DNA of 64,000 nucleotides from a virus (Duplodnaviria; Caudoviricetes): IMG/VR virus record IMGVR_UViG_3300031784_000006; one strand, 5' to 3'. Shown piece by piece: positions 9,968 to 20,273 of this stretch (position 1 is its first letter; each line of letters starts with the position of its first letter). The notes under the pieces were generated by a model. It saw only the letters and a program-made list of their open reading frames with translations, ran no database searches and was not told where the DNA came from. The position numbers and the translations under genes were made by a program.

Positions 9968-11689
9968 TTATCTCGGTACTATATCAAAAGTTTCTGTTGG
10001 AGGAACTCTACCAACACAATCAACTACACTAACAACTGCTGTTGTGGGTTCAATGTCCCCAATATTTGCAATTGCCTCTACAGGGATAGCTCTAAGAACT
10101 GGGATAAGTTTTGCGTTATATCCAGTATTAGAATTTACTATGATTTCGGGTATGTCAGTGAATCCAGAACCAGGATTAATAATATTAACCTGTGTTATTT
10201 CTTCTCTTTCATTTATCACTGGTTGAAGTATTGCTCCATTATTGGGAACAACTTCCAAAGTATCTCCTGGCAAATATCCAAAACCAGAATCTTCAATATA
10301 AATTTCATCAATAATGAGAATAACAGGATAAGTTAACGATGTGGCATCTGATGGAACTGCCAAAGTAGACTCTGGTGGGAAAAATACACTATCTGGGGGT
10401 AAATTTGGTGGTTCTATTCCAGAAGGAACAGTAAAATAATCGCCATTAGGTGTAACAACATACCCCTCTTGGGATTCTTTCCATGTGATACCATTTCCAC
10501 CCAAAGAACCATCTGGAGCAGGCAAGTACCCGTCTCCCCGCGCAGCTACTACAATATTTTTAATCTCCAATCCACCTTTAGGTGAAGGTCTAGTTTGAAC
10601 AACTAATGATGCACCAGATCCATTTCCACACTCGTCAACAATATTTGCAAATGGTGGCGCGAGGTAACTAAATCCGGGATTAACAATATCAAATCCAATA
10701 ATTGAATTTGAATTTGGACTGACTATAGCGTTTGCCATTGCACCTATACCATTACCACCAAAAAATTGCACTCTTGGTGGTCCACAGGGTAATGGATTTG
10801 TTGGACAACTTCTAGAAGTATCTGAAGGAGAAAGAAATTTGCTGAATGGATTTTTTCCTACTGGGTCTCCTCCTTGGGGATTATTTTGACCTGCTCCAGA
10901 TAAAGTTGTTTCCTGAACTGAAGGGCACGCTTTATCATCGTCACATTTAAAGAAATTTAAAATACCCGTGATAAAATCTAATGCGTTAAATAAACTTCCA
11001 GCAAGATTTGCAATTTTACCCAAAGCAACATTAAGAAGTGATACTGCAGACTTTATTGCCTTCTCAATTGGATTCATAATTTTTTTCAGCAAATTGCCAA
11101 TGAAATTTTCAACAAAACACATTGGTCCATTTATAAACTTATCCAACATTTGCAATAAAAGATTGCCAATAGTCTTTGCAAGTCCTCTAATTATTTTAGC
11201 AAAAGCACAAGAAATTCCATTTAAACCTTTATCTAGTTTGTCAATAAAGGATGGCATTTCTCCAGGGAAAAAATAAGGAAGTTTCTCTTTAACTTTATCT
11301 TGTATTGTATTCATTACCCACCCACGAGCACCACCCAGAATATTAATAACATATCCAGAAATATCAGTTGCAGAAAAATTTACTATTCTTTTAATAGACT
11401 TTCCAGGTTCTTGGTCCTCTCTGGTTAATGCATCAACAGCGGAATTAACATTTGAAAATCTTTTTATTCTTTCCAAATCTATCTGCATATTTTTAATAGT
11501 TCTCTGAATTCCTTTCATAGAACTATTATCACTTTTACATGGACTTTGTATATGTACAACGGTTCTAAGATCTATATCTTGTTGCCAAGCAAGTTTAGAA
11601 ATCTCCGCAAATGATTGGGAGTGCCTGTGAGTTACTGGAGATTGGTCAATATCTTTAGTCTGAGGAGTTCCTGCGGGAAGTACTGTCAT
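9968..11689 (-). CDS. Baseplate hub (gp5-like) central protein
   Basis: Helical N-half plus repeated G.GA / NPG.GY glycine-rich motifs as in cyanophage gp5-like proteins. Confidence 0.55.
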   Translation of the reverse strand: MTVLPAGTPQTKDIDQSPVTHRHSQSFAEISKLAWQQDIDLRTVVHIQSPCKSDNSSMKGIQRTIKNMQIDLERIKRFSNVNSAVDALTREDQEPGKSIKRIVNFSATDISGYVINILGGARGWVMNTIQDKVKEKLPYFFPGEMPSFIDKLDKGLNGISCAFAKIIRGLAKTIGNLLLQMLDKFINGPMCFVENFIGNLLKKIMNPIEKAIKSAVSLLNVALGKIANLAGSLFNALDFITGILNFFKCDDDKACPSVQETTLSGAGQNNPQGGDPVGKNPFSKFLSPSDTSRSCPTNPLPCGPPRVQFFGGNGIGAMANAIVSPNSNSIIGFDIVNPGFSYLAPPFANIVDECGNGSGASLVVQTRPSPKGGLEIKNIVVAARGDGYLPAPDGSLGGNGITWKESQEGYVVTPNGDYFTVPSGIEPPNLPPDSVFFPPESTLAVPSDATSLTYPVILIIDEIYIEDSGFGYLPGDTLEVVPNNGAILQPVINEREEITQVNIINPGSGFTDIPEIIVNSNTGYNAKLIPVLRAIPVEAIANIGDIEPTTAVVSVVDCVGRVPPTETFDIVPR

Positions 11690-11694
11690 TTTTT

Positions 11695-12282
11695 TTATGT
11701 TGTAATTCTTGCTTTTATTTCAGATATGGTCAGAGTGTTTTGGGGGATAATTTTATACTGATTACTTGCAACTTTTGGTCTTTCAATCTTTTTAATTGTT
11801 TGTAAAGAGTCAGGAACATATGCCGCCGTTTGTGGGTTAGTTCCTTTATATGTATCATTAAAAAGTTGCAACCCACCAATATTTCCCTGTGGTTGCTTCT
11901 TTGGTACAGTGTTATTTGAATTTATCAAGATACCATCAATATAAGGTTCTTGACCAGCGATACCATCAAGGAAGAATCCAGTCACAATAGTTCCGGCAAG
12001 TATTGCAGGCGTATCAAATGACCCACCCAATCCAGAACCAGATGTTACTGGCATAACAACATTAGCCATTGGTAGTTGTTCATCAGGGAGTTCTTCAGTA
12101 TTTCCCGAGTGTATGCCAAAGTACCTAACACGATATCTATAACCCCAACCTTTTTGATTTTTTGGATCAAAATGCGATGCTTCAATGTTATCCTGCCACG
12201 AAACACTGGACACAACTCTACCAAACCATCTTGGTAGGGATGATATTGAATTTAGGTCAAAATTTCCTGAATATTCATTCAT
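11695..12282 (-). CDS. gp5: gp5 N-terminal OB-fold baseplate hub protein
   Basis: WFGRVV ... RYRVRYFG.H ... LP.A.V..P ... V.GFFLDG...Q.P.I.G. Confidence 0.75.
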   Translation of the reverse strand: MNEYSGNFDLNSISSLPRWFGRVVSSVSWQDNIEASHFDPKNQKGWGYRYRVRYFGIHSGNTEELPDEQLPMANVVMPVTSGSGLGGSFDTPAILAGTIVTGFFLDGIAGQEPYIDGILINSNNTVPKKQPQGNIGGLQLFNDTYKGTNPQTAAYVPDSLQTIKKIERPKVASNQYKIIPQNTLTISEIKARITT

Positions 12283-12283
12283 T

Positions 12284-12700
12284 TTAGAATTCGCCTAAGT
12301 CTGGAGGAATGTCTATAGCAGCCTTATCTAAAGTTTGATTTATAAAAATATCGTTAGCTCTATCAATAGAAGAACTTATAACAGAATCAGAACCGCCTTG
12401 ACCCACTCCAGAAGTATATTTACCCGAAATAGATCCTGTTGGTGAATGGTCATTCACCGTTAATTTATTAACGTCAGCAATTAAAAGTTCTCTCTGATAA
12501 CCATCACCATCTTGAAAATAAAAAAGTTGTGATGGATTTGCAGATGCAACACAGTTTGCTTCACTGCGAGTTACATCATCAATTCTTTCGCCATCTTTAT
12601 CATAAAAAGAAACTCTGATAGGATCATTCGGATCTCCCTGAAATGATTTCCTAAATCTATTTTGCCTATCAACACAACTATCTCTATATTGATCTGCCAT
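12284..12700 (-). CDS. Hypothetical protein (138 aa)
   Basis: Tightly packed co-oriented ORF. Confidence 0.6.
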   Translation of the reverse strand: MADQYRDSCVDRQNRFRKSFQGDPNDPIRVSFYDKDGERIDDVTRSEANCVASANPSQLFYFQDGDGYQRELLIADVNKLTVNDHSPTGSISGKYTSGVGQGGSDSVISSSIDRANDIFINQTLDKAAIDIPPDLGEF

Positions 12701-12915
12701 TAGTCATCATAAACTCTACATTCTAAAGCATCAGGATGAGCATCACAATAAAGTTCTAGAGACGATGGATCATGGTCGTCATCTGGATGATTAACTTGAT
12801 ACTGCTCTAATGCATCAAGTTCACCCTCTAAATGACGACGACGCTGACTACTTGTGTTTGGATTATCTAGTTCATCCCTGTCATTATTAATATGTTGTTG
12901 AAGTGACTTTTCCAT
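12700..12915 (-). CDS. cp12: CP12 Calvin-cycle inhibitor
   Basis: C-terminal LELYCDAHPDALECRVYDD CP12 signature. Confidence 0.92.
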   Translation of the reverse strand: MEKSLQQHINNDRDELDNPNTSSQRRRHLEGELDALEQYQVNHPDDDHDPSSLELYCDAHPDALECRVYDD

Positions 12916-12924
12916 TTAAAATAC

Positions 12925-14244
12925 CTACTTTCTTTGGATAGATTCCCTTACAAGATTAATTCTTGTAAAGCAACTATTTTTAGTTACATGATGACATACA
13001 TCGACTATCATATATATGCCACTTTTTTTCTGGCTTATAGAAGTTTTCTTTTTAGAAGAAACTTCTGGAAAATCGCAAAAAATTAAATCTCCAGCTCTCA
13101 AACTCATATCGCCAGCAACCGCAATAGAAAGTTTTATAGAGAATAAGTTATTATATCTCATATAAGACTGCCGCAATATTTCATCGTTACTATAATTGAT
13201 ATAAGTTGATTTTGGCAGTTGCTCTTTAAGTGTTTTTCCTTCAACAAGAAACCCGGGGTCATCCCATTTATAAGATATTCTTGAAGTCTCTTGCTGCAGA
13301 TTAATATCTTTAGCAATTATTGGTTGTTCCTTTCCACCAATCGTGTCTGGATTAAATTGCTTTTTAGAATCAAAAGTACTTTCTCTGTAAGCACTTTCGA
13401 ATGAATTTACCGCATTCATTTTAGTATTTAATTGAGCGCCAGATAGCAACACTCTTTTTAATTCTAAGGTACTATCAAAAGAGTAATCAAGAATCTTTCC
13501 ATCATACCCAGGAGGAACAGATTTCTCAATTAAATTGTTAAAGATATATCTTTTTTTTGGTTTTTGTTTAAAAAGATTATCTATAGATTTAAATTTAAAT
13601 CCATCATAAGTTTCATAAAAAAAGAATCCTGCAAGAATTCCTTTTGCGTTTGAGATATCTGGAACAGACCTAGGGCCCAACCATGTGATTTTATAAAAGG
13701 GTTTTTCAACATTACCAATGAAACTCAATTTATTTAAAGTTGTATCAATATCTACAGTTTTTGAAGTTTTTAAAGTTTCTTTTAAAATTTTCTGTGCAGA
13801 GTCTGATATTTTACCATCATATCTTTTTTTAACTCTACACCTTTCTAGTTCATTATCAATAGATTCTTTAGAAAATAAGTCAATAACAAACATCATTTTG
13901 TCAGTACTCTCGTCAATATTTCTAACTTCTTTTATTCTAAAATGTTTATCTCCAACAAAATCTAAATTAAATTGATTTCCATCAGTTACTTTAAGATTTA
14001 CTTTTTCACCAACAGTCAAATTAAGGTCATCAGATTCTAAAGATGATGTTCCCTCGCTACCACCTCTATGTCCAGTATCGATGATAATTGCAGTTGCTCT
14101 TACAGTATTATCAAGAATACTTTCATAATATTCAAATTCTATGCAACCACTAGAAACATCTACGGGTTTATTATAATTCGAATTAATTTCAAATAACTTA
14201 ATTTGGGCTTCACCTGCTTGTGCGGCAATGTTTGCTGCTGGCAT
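12925..14244 (-). CDS. Baseplate hub / tail protein (gp27-like)
   Basis: YYESILDNTV N-terminus and AGD..LRAGDLI...SGIYMI..VCH C-terminus; tail-module synteny. Confidence 0.55.
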   Translation of the reverse strand: MPAANIAAQAGEAQIKLFEINSNYNKPVDVSSGCIEFEYYESILDNTVRATAIIIDTGHRGGSEGTSSLESDDLNLTVGEKVNLKVTDGNQFNLDFVGDKHFRIKEVRNIDESTDKMMFVIDLFSKESIDNELERCRVKKRYDGKISDSAQKILKETLKTSKTVDIDTTLNKLSFIGNVEKPFYKITWLGPRSVPDISNAKGILAGFFFYETYDGFKFKSIDNLFKQKPKKRYIFNNLIEKSVPPGYDGKILDYSFDSTLELKRVLLSGAQLNTKMNAVNSFESAYRESTFDSKKQFNPDTIGGKEQPIIAKDINLQQETSRISYKWDDPGFLVEGKTLKEQLPKSTYINYSNDEILRQSYMRYNNLFSIKLSIAVAGDMSLRAGDLIFCDFPEVSSKKKTSISQKKSGIYMIVDVCHHVTKNSCFTRINLVRESIQRK

Positions 14245-14245
14245 C

Positions 14246-17032
14246 TTATCCTCTGACTAAACTTTGCATATTACTACTATTTACACTACCCGCAACCATA
14301 AATGTAGTTGTTGAACTAGAAGTTTTTGATACTGGAATTGGAACAGTCTCTTTAATAATAATTGGTTGAATCATAACTTTTGTGCTACCGTCAGCATATG
14401 ATGGATATGATGTAAGAGACACTGCTTTATTCTTTGGATTTTGTTTTGGAATATAACCACCACCCTGATAACGAAGTTCAACATCAGTAATATCTTGGCC
14501 CCCCAAAGCATCTCTTGATGCTTTGTTTAAATCAATAACTCTAGTTGGATGTGGTCTTAAAGGATAAATTGCCTTTCCATTTCTATCAACTGCATATGGA
14601 CCCCTATCATTAATTCTAACTTGAATACTCTTACCATTTGATTTATTAGTAACAGTAACCATAGTACCAAAAGGTAACGTTGGGTGTGCTGCAGTATATT
14701 CAGTATCACCTTCACGAAATTTTTCACCATTCGCAGTTCTATTTCCATAAAAACCTGGACCATACCAAGATGCTTTACCAGTTTGTCTTACTGGTTTATC
14801 TGTACCGGGTCTATCAAACAATGAAGGAAGTTGTCCAGGTTTTGTTTTTATTGGTTGAACTTTATCAATACCCAATACACTTCTCACTTTAGCAGAACCA
14901 TTATATTGTGCTTGTGTTATAGGAGAACCCGGCGCTCCTCCCCATTGACCGCCAGGAACATCAATTGCTTGATTCGAACCGTGATATCCCGGATCACCAA
15001 TTCTATCAAGATATTCACTTCCTGTTTGAATACCTGCTGCCAATAAAGCCTTTTTTGCATTATCCTTATCCTTTGGAGTAGCAAAAGCAATATGATCGTG
15101 GTAATTAAATGGAGTTCCATGTCCATCATAATCATAGTTTGATGGATAATTTTTATCTCCAGTAATATATTCAATTGCATTGAAATATCCTGGAGAAGCA
15201 GGTTTCCATGAACCACTGTAATTTGTTTTGGGTGGAGGAGGTTCATAAGAAAACAATGAAGATGGAATATTTTTCCCCCCTCTGACCGAAACTTGTTTTT
15301 GAACTTCTCTAATAGCTTGATTGACCTTTTGTTTGATATTAGTTCCGATAATTTTTATTGGGTCTACACTAACACTTGGTTTAGATTCAAAAGTTCGTTT
15401 AACAGAACCACCAGAAGCCATCGTTGGAATTTGATTCTGTATTGAAGACACACCTTGATAACTTTTTGAAGAAATCGATCTAAATGTTTCAAATAAATTT
15501 TCAAGACCATAATTTATACTTTTAAGAGTTGCCTGAGTTATGTTTTGTCCAAGGGCAACATCAACCGAACTTCCCATCAAAGATCCAATACCGTATGGTA
15601 TATCTTTTAAGATTGAAGCTACTTCAGTAAGTGCTTTATATGGGTTTGGTTTATCTTTTTTCTTTTCCCATTCTTCTTCATATTGTTGATATGTTCCAGC
15701 ACCTCCAGCAAGATTCCATTCAGCTACTGATAATTTTCTTGATGGGTCGGGATATAACTTTTGAATTTTTTTCTTTCCACCAACATCTTTTCCCGGTTGA
15801 GTTGATTGTGGAGGAACATATGGTTTTTTAAATTTTTTAGTTGTTATAGTTCTTCCACCAGAACCCAAGACCTCACCACCTTTTGCATAACGTCGGATAA
15901 CTTTTCCACCACGACGTTGAGTTTGAACTGATGCCTCTGGACTTTTATTTGCAAAAAGAACATCATATAATTTTCCAGCAAGTTCTGCACCAGCATATCC
16001 ACCAATAAAAGTTCCAAACCCAGGCATAATTAAAGAACCAACAGCGCCGAGGAGTAAAGTTCCAACTCCTCTAAATGCTGCCTTACCTGGATTATCTCCA
16101 AGAGCCCAAGAAAGACCAAACTCAACAAGTGCTCCCACAATAGGTAACCTTGATAAAGGTCCTTTCGCAAGTCTTAATAATTGACGTGTTGCTTGCTTTC
16201 CTATAACTGCTCTAGATGCCTTTATTGTAGACGCTTGTGCAGGCCTAACTACTCTTTGTATTGGACCTCTCTGCGGAACTGGTCCTCTAGGAGTTCCTTG
16301 TGGGGTTGGTTTTGGTGGTTTATATTTTCTTGCATTATTTGCAAAGGTATTGATAGCACCTGTGAGTGCCATTCCTCCAATTAGAACATAGTTAATATAC
16401 TCATTCAACTTTCCAGATATTTTATCAAATTCACCCTGAGCCTTTTCGCCGCCAACCGTTTTTACAAGACCTTGTATCTTATCGTAAGTTTGATATCCAC
16501 GGTCTATAAAGTTTACGACACTCTCTAAAATAAATTTAAATACATTTTCAACAACACTTACTATTGGAGTAATAATTTTAACAATTCCGGTCAACTTAGG
16601 AAGTTGTTCTCGAAACTTGGTAAACAACCATCCAAGAGCAGTAAAGAATAAGAATCTCTTAATTCTATCTAAGAAACTCATTCCAGGAAGAGAAACCTTT
16701 GGGAGATTAAACTTCTTAGATTCCTTAGGAGTTTCTAATTTTGTTTCCCTCTGTTCGTTTTCTTCTTGTTCTTTTCCAATTCTCTTTGCTCTTTCTGTTT
16801 TTTGGTCTTCAGTTAATACAGATTTTAAAAGACCATCAATATCAATTAAAGATTTTTTTATAATACTTACATTCTCTTCACTACGTCTAATTGATAGAGC
16901 AGTTAATTTTTTAGTATCAATAGTCTTCTTATTAATTGCAAGAGATGATGAAACTGCCTTTGCCCCAATTTTTGCAATTGCGGATGTCTTTGCTGCAGGT
17001 AATAACTTCTGAACGTTAATAGCCATCGTCAA
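14246..17032 (-). CDS. Tail-associated protein with C-terminal RlpA-like (DPBB) lytic transglycosylase domain
   Basis: GKASWYG..FYG..TANGE.....TAAHPTLPFGT.V.VTN..NGKSI.VRINDRGPY...RVIDL. Confidence 0.8.
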   Translation of the reverse strand: MTMAINVQKLLPAAKTSAIAKIGAKAVSSSLAINKKTIDTKKLTALSIRRSEENVSIIKKSLIDIDGLLKSVLTEDQKTERAKRIGKEQEENEQRETKLETPKESKKFNLPKVSLPGMSFLDRIKRFLFFTALGWLFTKFREQLPKLTGIVKIITPIVSVVENVFKFILESVVNFIDRGYQTYDKIQGLVKTVGGEKAQGEFDKISGKLNEYINYVLIGGMALTGAINTFANNARKYKPPKPTPQGTPRGPVPQRGPIQRVVRPAQASTIKASRAVIGKQATRQLLRLAKGPLSRLPIVGALVEFGLSWALGDNPGKAAFRGVGTLLLGAVGSLIMPGFGTFIGGYAGAELAGKLYDVLFANKSPEASVQTQRRGGKVIRRYAKGGEVLGSGGRTITTKKFKKPYVPPQSTQPGKDVGGKKKIQKLYPDPSRKLSVAEWNLAGGAGTYQQYEEEWEKKKDKPNPYKALTEVASILKDIPYGIGSLMGSSVDVALGQNITQATLKSINYGLENLFETFRSISSKSYQGVSSIQNQIPTMASGGSVKRTFESKPSVSVDPIKIIGTNIKQKVNQAIREVQKQVSVRGGKNIPSSLFSYEPPPPKTNYSGSWKPASPGYFNAIEYITGDKNYPSNYDYDGHGTPFNYHDHIAFATPKDKDNAKKALLAAGIQTGSEYLDRIGDPGYHGSNQAIDVPGGQWGGAPGSPITQAQYNGSAKVRSVLGIDKVQPIKTKPGQLPSLFDRPGTDKPVRQTGKASWYGPGFYGNRTANGEKFREGDTEYTAAHPTLPFGTMVTVTNKSNGKSIQVRINDRGPYAVDRNGKAIYPLRPHPTRVIDLNKASRDALGGQDITDVELRYQGGGYIPKQNPKNKAVSLTSYPSYADGSTKVMIQPIIIKETVPIPVSKTSSSTTTFMVAGSVNSSNMQSLVRG

Positions 17033-19341
17033 GCAATCCCGTAAATACTAGCATTAGTAGACCTATCAAAACTTCCACTAGAAGAAGTTGCTGAGAATGT
17101 TGGAACTTTAGAACCTGCAGCAGCACTACCACCACCTTTCATTCCAGACGATTGTACTATTGGTGGTAGAGTTACAACATTTTGAGAACCATCTCTTGTC
17201 AATGGTTTTATTTGAGGAATATTTTTGGTTCGATATCCAAGTTTAGCTGCGTTCGAATCACTGTCAGTCATTGCAACTAATTTATCAATGAGAGAAGTTC
17301 CAAGACGATTTACTGTATTAACTGGAAGAACATACTCCCCAGGTTGAGCAAAAACAACTTGCCTATCTGCTGTTGCTCCACGAATATCCATTCCAGTATT
17401 CTCTTTAATCAGTCCACCACCCATACGCTGCACAGGTCTAGGACCCTTATAACCAGGAGCATTATAATATGCATTCGGTCCTGTCAATTGACTATATGAA
17501 GAAGTCCCTTCTGGGAATAGCATATCACTGATGACAGGAGCATTTAAAGCACCAACAAACCTACCACCAAGTCTGGCAGTTCCAGTGGCAAATGAACGAG
17601 CCATGGATGGTGTTTGTTGGGTTAATAATGGCATCAAAGATCTTGCTTTAGCACCAGTATATTTGCCACTCATGATACCTTCAGCAATTCTTAATCCCCT
17701 ATTTGCTTGACGCGCAGAAACAACTGTGGCACCTCTTAATGTTCTTGCCCCCTCAGGAACTAACATATTTAATCTGGGTCCTTGGCCAGGTAAAAGACCT
17801 TTAAATTTGCCGGCACCTCTATAAGTATCAGCAACCCAACCCTTTACACTACCATAAACTCCTTTACCAAGCATTCCCATTTGTTCTCTAAAACCGGTAG
17901 CACGAATAGATTCTGGTGCTCCGAATGATGTCCCATGCATAATTCTTTTAAGAGGAGCACCACGGAGACCTTTAGTTGTAGATTTTCTTCCAGATACTGG
18001 TGCTACTGCGTTAATAATTCTTTCGATTGGAGTTGCCAATCTTGTAACAACTCCACCAACCATTCCTCCAGTATTAAATAATCTACCAAATTTAGGTTGA
18101 TTAGCCCCAGAACCACCATAATACTTGTTTAAAGTTAAAAATGTATCTGCACCAACTGCATCTACAGTTCTCTTATTAATAACAACTTCGCCAGGTTGTG
18201 CGGCAATTAATTGCGTATCAGGACCAAATCCAGATATTCGTTGTCCTGTAGTATTGTCTATACCAGAATATCCATCAAGCACAGAACCACCACGAGCAGC
18301 ACCTTGAAGAAGACCATATGGTGTTGTTGCTCCCATATTACCAACACTAGGAACCTTATCGGTCATAGTATCAGTTCCTTGAGTGCCTAGACCCTTTCCA
18401 GTCTGTGCTCTTGCTTTATTCTCTGCTTGAACTCCTGCTGCCTTTCTTTGACCAGTGACTTCATTTGCAGCTGCTGCTAATCCAACCGCTGCGGCAGGAA
18501 CGGCAACCCAAGGATTAAGTAAAACTTTACTGAGACCTTTTATTGCACCAGCAATCTTAGGTATTGCACCAACTAGTTTGCCAGTTAAACCACCAACAAT
18601 TCCAAGTATTCCTCTTACAAATTTACCAAAGGGCGTGAAAAATAAAACAAAAGCACCAAGTAAAGATGGCCACCAATCCTTTAAAAATCTTTTTAGTGTC
18701 TTAATTTTATTTTGATTCTTTGGATCCTTAAACCAATTTACAAGTTGATTAAATGCCCTACCTAACAAAGTAAAGAAAATAAATCGGAATACTCTATCAA
18801 TGATACCCTGAAATGGAGAAATAAATTTCTTTGCGGCATCAGATACCGCTGCCATCCCTTTCTTAACAGTTTCTAACCCTTCCTCTCTTTTGGACCTCTT
18901 CTTCGCTTCATTATCTTTTCTTTCTTGGTCTGCAGTATCTTCTTTAAAATCTAAAAATGAAATTAATACTTTCTTAATAGAATCAAGAGGACCTTGAAGT
19001 GTTGCTAAATTTGCAGGTTGAATTTGTGAGGATTGAATACCACCTGCGGGTGCAATTAAAGGGGTTGATATTGGTTGTACTGATGGTTTTAAAAACTTAG
19101 TTGTTGCTATCTTATTTGCATTTATCTTTTGAGTCTTTGGTTTAAATCTACCCTTCTTTCCTCTTATTCTTTTTCTTTCATTTGCAAGCAGAGCAAGTTC
19201 TTCTGGTGGCAATTTTCTTGCACCAGAGACCATTGCTTCTCTAATAAGATTGAGATAAGTATCATAATCCAAGTCAAACGTATAATCAAGACCCAGTAGC
19301 CTTAAAATTCTTTCATCGATTTTTTCGGATACTGAGTTCAT
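17029..19341 (-). CDS. Tape-measure/hub-like tail protein with an embedded ADP-ribosyltransferase-like motif
   Basis: Coiled-coil plus hydrophobic helices; internal HGTS....SI...GF.....MLGKGVY.S......A..Y. Confidence 0.6.
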   Translation of the reverse strand: MNSVSEKIDERILRLLGLDYTFDLDYDTYLNLIREAMVSGARKLPPEELALLANERKRIRGKKGRFKPKTQKINANKIATTKFLKPSVQPISTPLIAPAGGIQSSQIQPANLATLQGPLDSIKKVLISFLDFKEDTADQERKDNEAKKRSKREEGLETVKKGMAAVSDAAKKFISPFQGIIDRVFRFIFFTLLGRAFNQLVNWFKDPKNQNKIKTLKRFLKDWWPSLLGAFVLFFTPFGKFVRGILGIVGGLTGKLVGAIPKIAGAIKGLSKVLLNPWVAVPAAAVGLAAAANEVTGQRKAAGVQAENKARAQTGKGLGTQGTDTMTDKVPSVGNMGATTPYGLLQGAARGGSVLDGYSGIDNTTGQRISGFGPDTQLIAAQPGEVVINKRTVDAVGADTFLTLNKYYGGSGANQPKFGRLFNTGGMVGGVVTRLATPIERIINAVAPVSGRKSTTKGLRGAPLKRIMHGTSFGAPESIRATGFREQMGMLGKGVYGSVKGWVADTYRGAGKFKGLLPGQGPRLNMLVPEGARTLRGATVVSARQANRGLRIAEGIMSGKYTGAKARSLMPLLTQQTPSMARSFATGTARLGGRFVGALNAPVISDMLFPEGTSSYSQLTGPNAYYNAPGYKGPRPVQRMGGGLIKENTGMDIRGATADRQVVFAQPGEYVLPVNTVNRLGTSLIDKLVAMTDSDSNAAKLGYRTKNIPQIKPLTRDGSQNVVTLPPIVQSSGMKGGGSAAAGSKVPTFSATSSSGSFDRSTNASIYGIA

Positions 19342-19347
19342 TTATCG

Positions 19348-19518
19348 CTATCGTTGTCTTTGTTTAAATTCTTCTTCTTCGAGATGATTCTTTAATAGTC
19401 CAACATAAACGTCCCTTTCCCAGGGTATCATATTTTCAATCTCCGTTAATGAATATTTATGGAACTGGACAAGAGAAAAATTTAATTTAAAATAATTCTC
19501 CAAGTCCATATGGGACAT
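19348..19518 (-). CDS. gp51: Baseplate hub assembly catalyst gp51
   Basis: Hand translation: MSHMDLENYFKLNFSLVQFHKYSLTEIENMIPWERDVYVGLL... Confidence 0.85.
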   Translation of the reverse strand: MSHMDLENYFKLNFSLVQFHKYSLTEIENMIPWERDVYVGLLKNHLEEEEFKQRQR

Positions 19519-19520
19519 TC

Positions 19521-20240
19521 CTATGAGAAAAAACTTGATAACCCTTCAAGAACAACATCATTTTCGACTTGAGTGTTTGGATTTGTAACTTTAATCTTAT
19601 GAGAAAGTTTTGGCATTGTCTCAAAGAACTGTTCAATCTCTTTAAATTGAACTGAGTTCATTTGATCCAAAAACTCCAACAGTTCTTTCTTAGTAACGTC
19701 AGCAGCTACCCATACATCATCTTCTGTATAAATTTTATCAATACAAGAAGATATTAGTTCGAAAGACTGGTCCATAGTATTATCAGAGGACAAGTCAAAA
19801 TTACTCTTAATAAATTGGTCCAATGATGGATACTTCATTTCCATCATAATAGAATCATCAAGTTTTATTTTATTATTATGTTCGGGAACTCTTAAAACTT
19901 GAATATCATCTACAGAAATTTTTACAGGAACTACAGTCTCTTCATCATCAGGACAAATAACATTTACTTCAATCTCTTCCCCGACAGATTTACCTCGGAT
20001 GTTGAGAAAGAGATATTCAATGTCAAAGGTTGGAAGAGACTCTACTTTGACATTTTTTGTTTCAATACAATTCTTAATAACAGTTTTAATTGCCGTAGTA
20101 ATTTGCTTGGTATCTTCAGACTCTAAAGCAAGAACTAAAAGTTTTTCTTCTCTTACAAGAAAAGGTCTATACTTAATTTTTTGTCCTGTGGATGGCAACT
20201 CAAGTTCATAAGTTGGCGTAGAAATCTTAGGTAAAGGCAT
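19521..20240 (-). CDS. gp26: Baseplate hub subunit gp26
   Basis: MPLPKISTPTYELELPS...YRPFLVREEKLL; DIEYLFLNIRGKSVGE. Confidence 0.9.
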   Translation of the reverse strand: MPLPKISTPTYELELPSTGQKIKYRPFLVREEKLLVLALESEDTKQITTAIKTVIKNCIETKNVKVESLPTFDIEYLFLNIRGKSVGEEIEVNVICPDDEETVVPVKISVDDIQVLRVPEHNNKIKLDDSIMMEMKYPSLDQFIKSNFDLSSDNTMDQSFELISSCIDKIYTEDDVWVAADVTKKELLEFLDQMNSVQFKEIEQFFETMPKLSHKIKVTNPNTQVENDVVLEGLSSFFS

Positions 20241-20273
20241 AATGTCCTATAGAAGTTTCAGTGTGATTATTTA

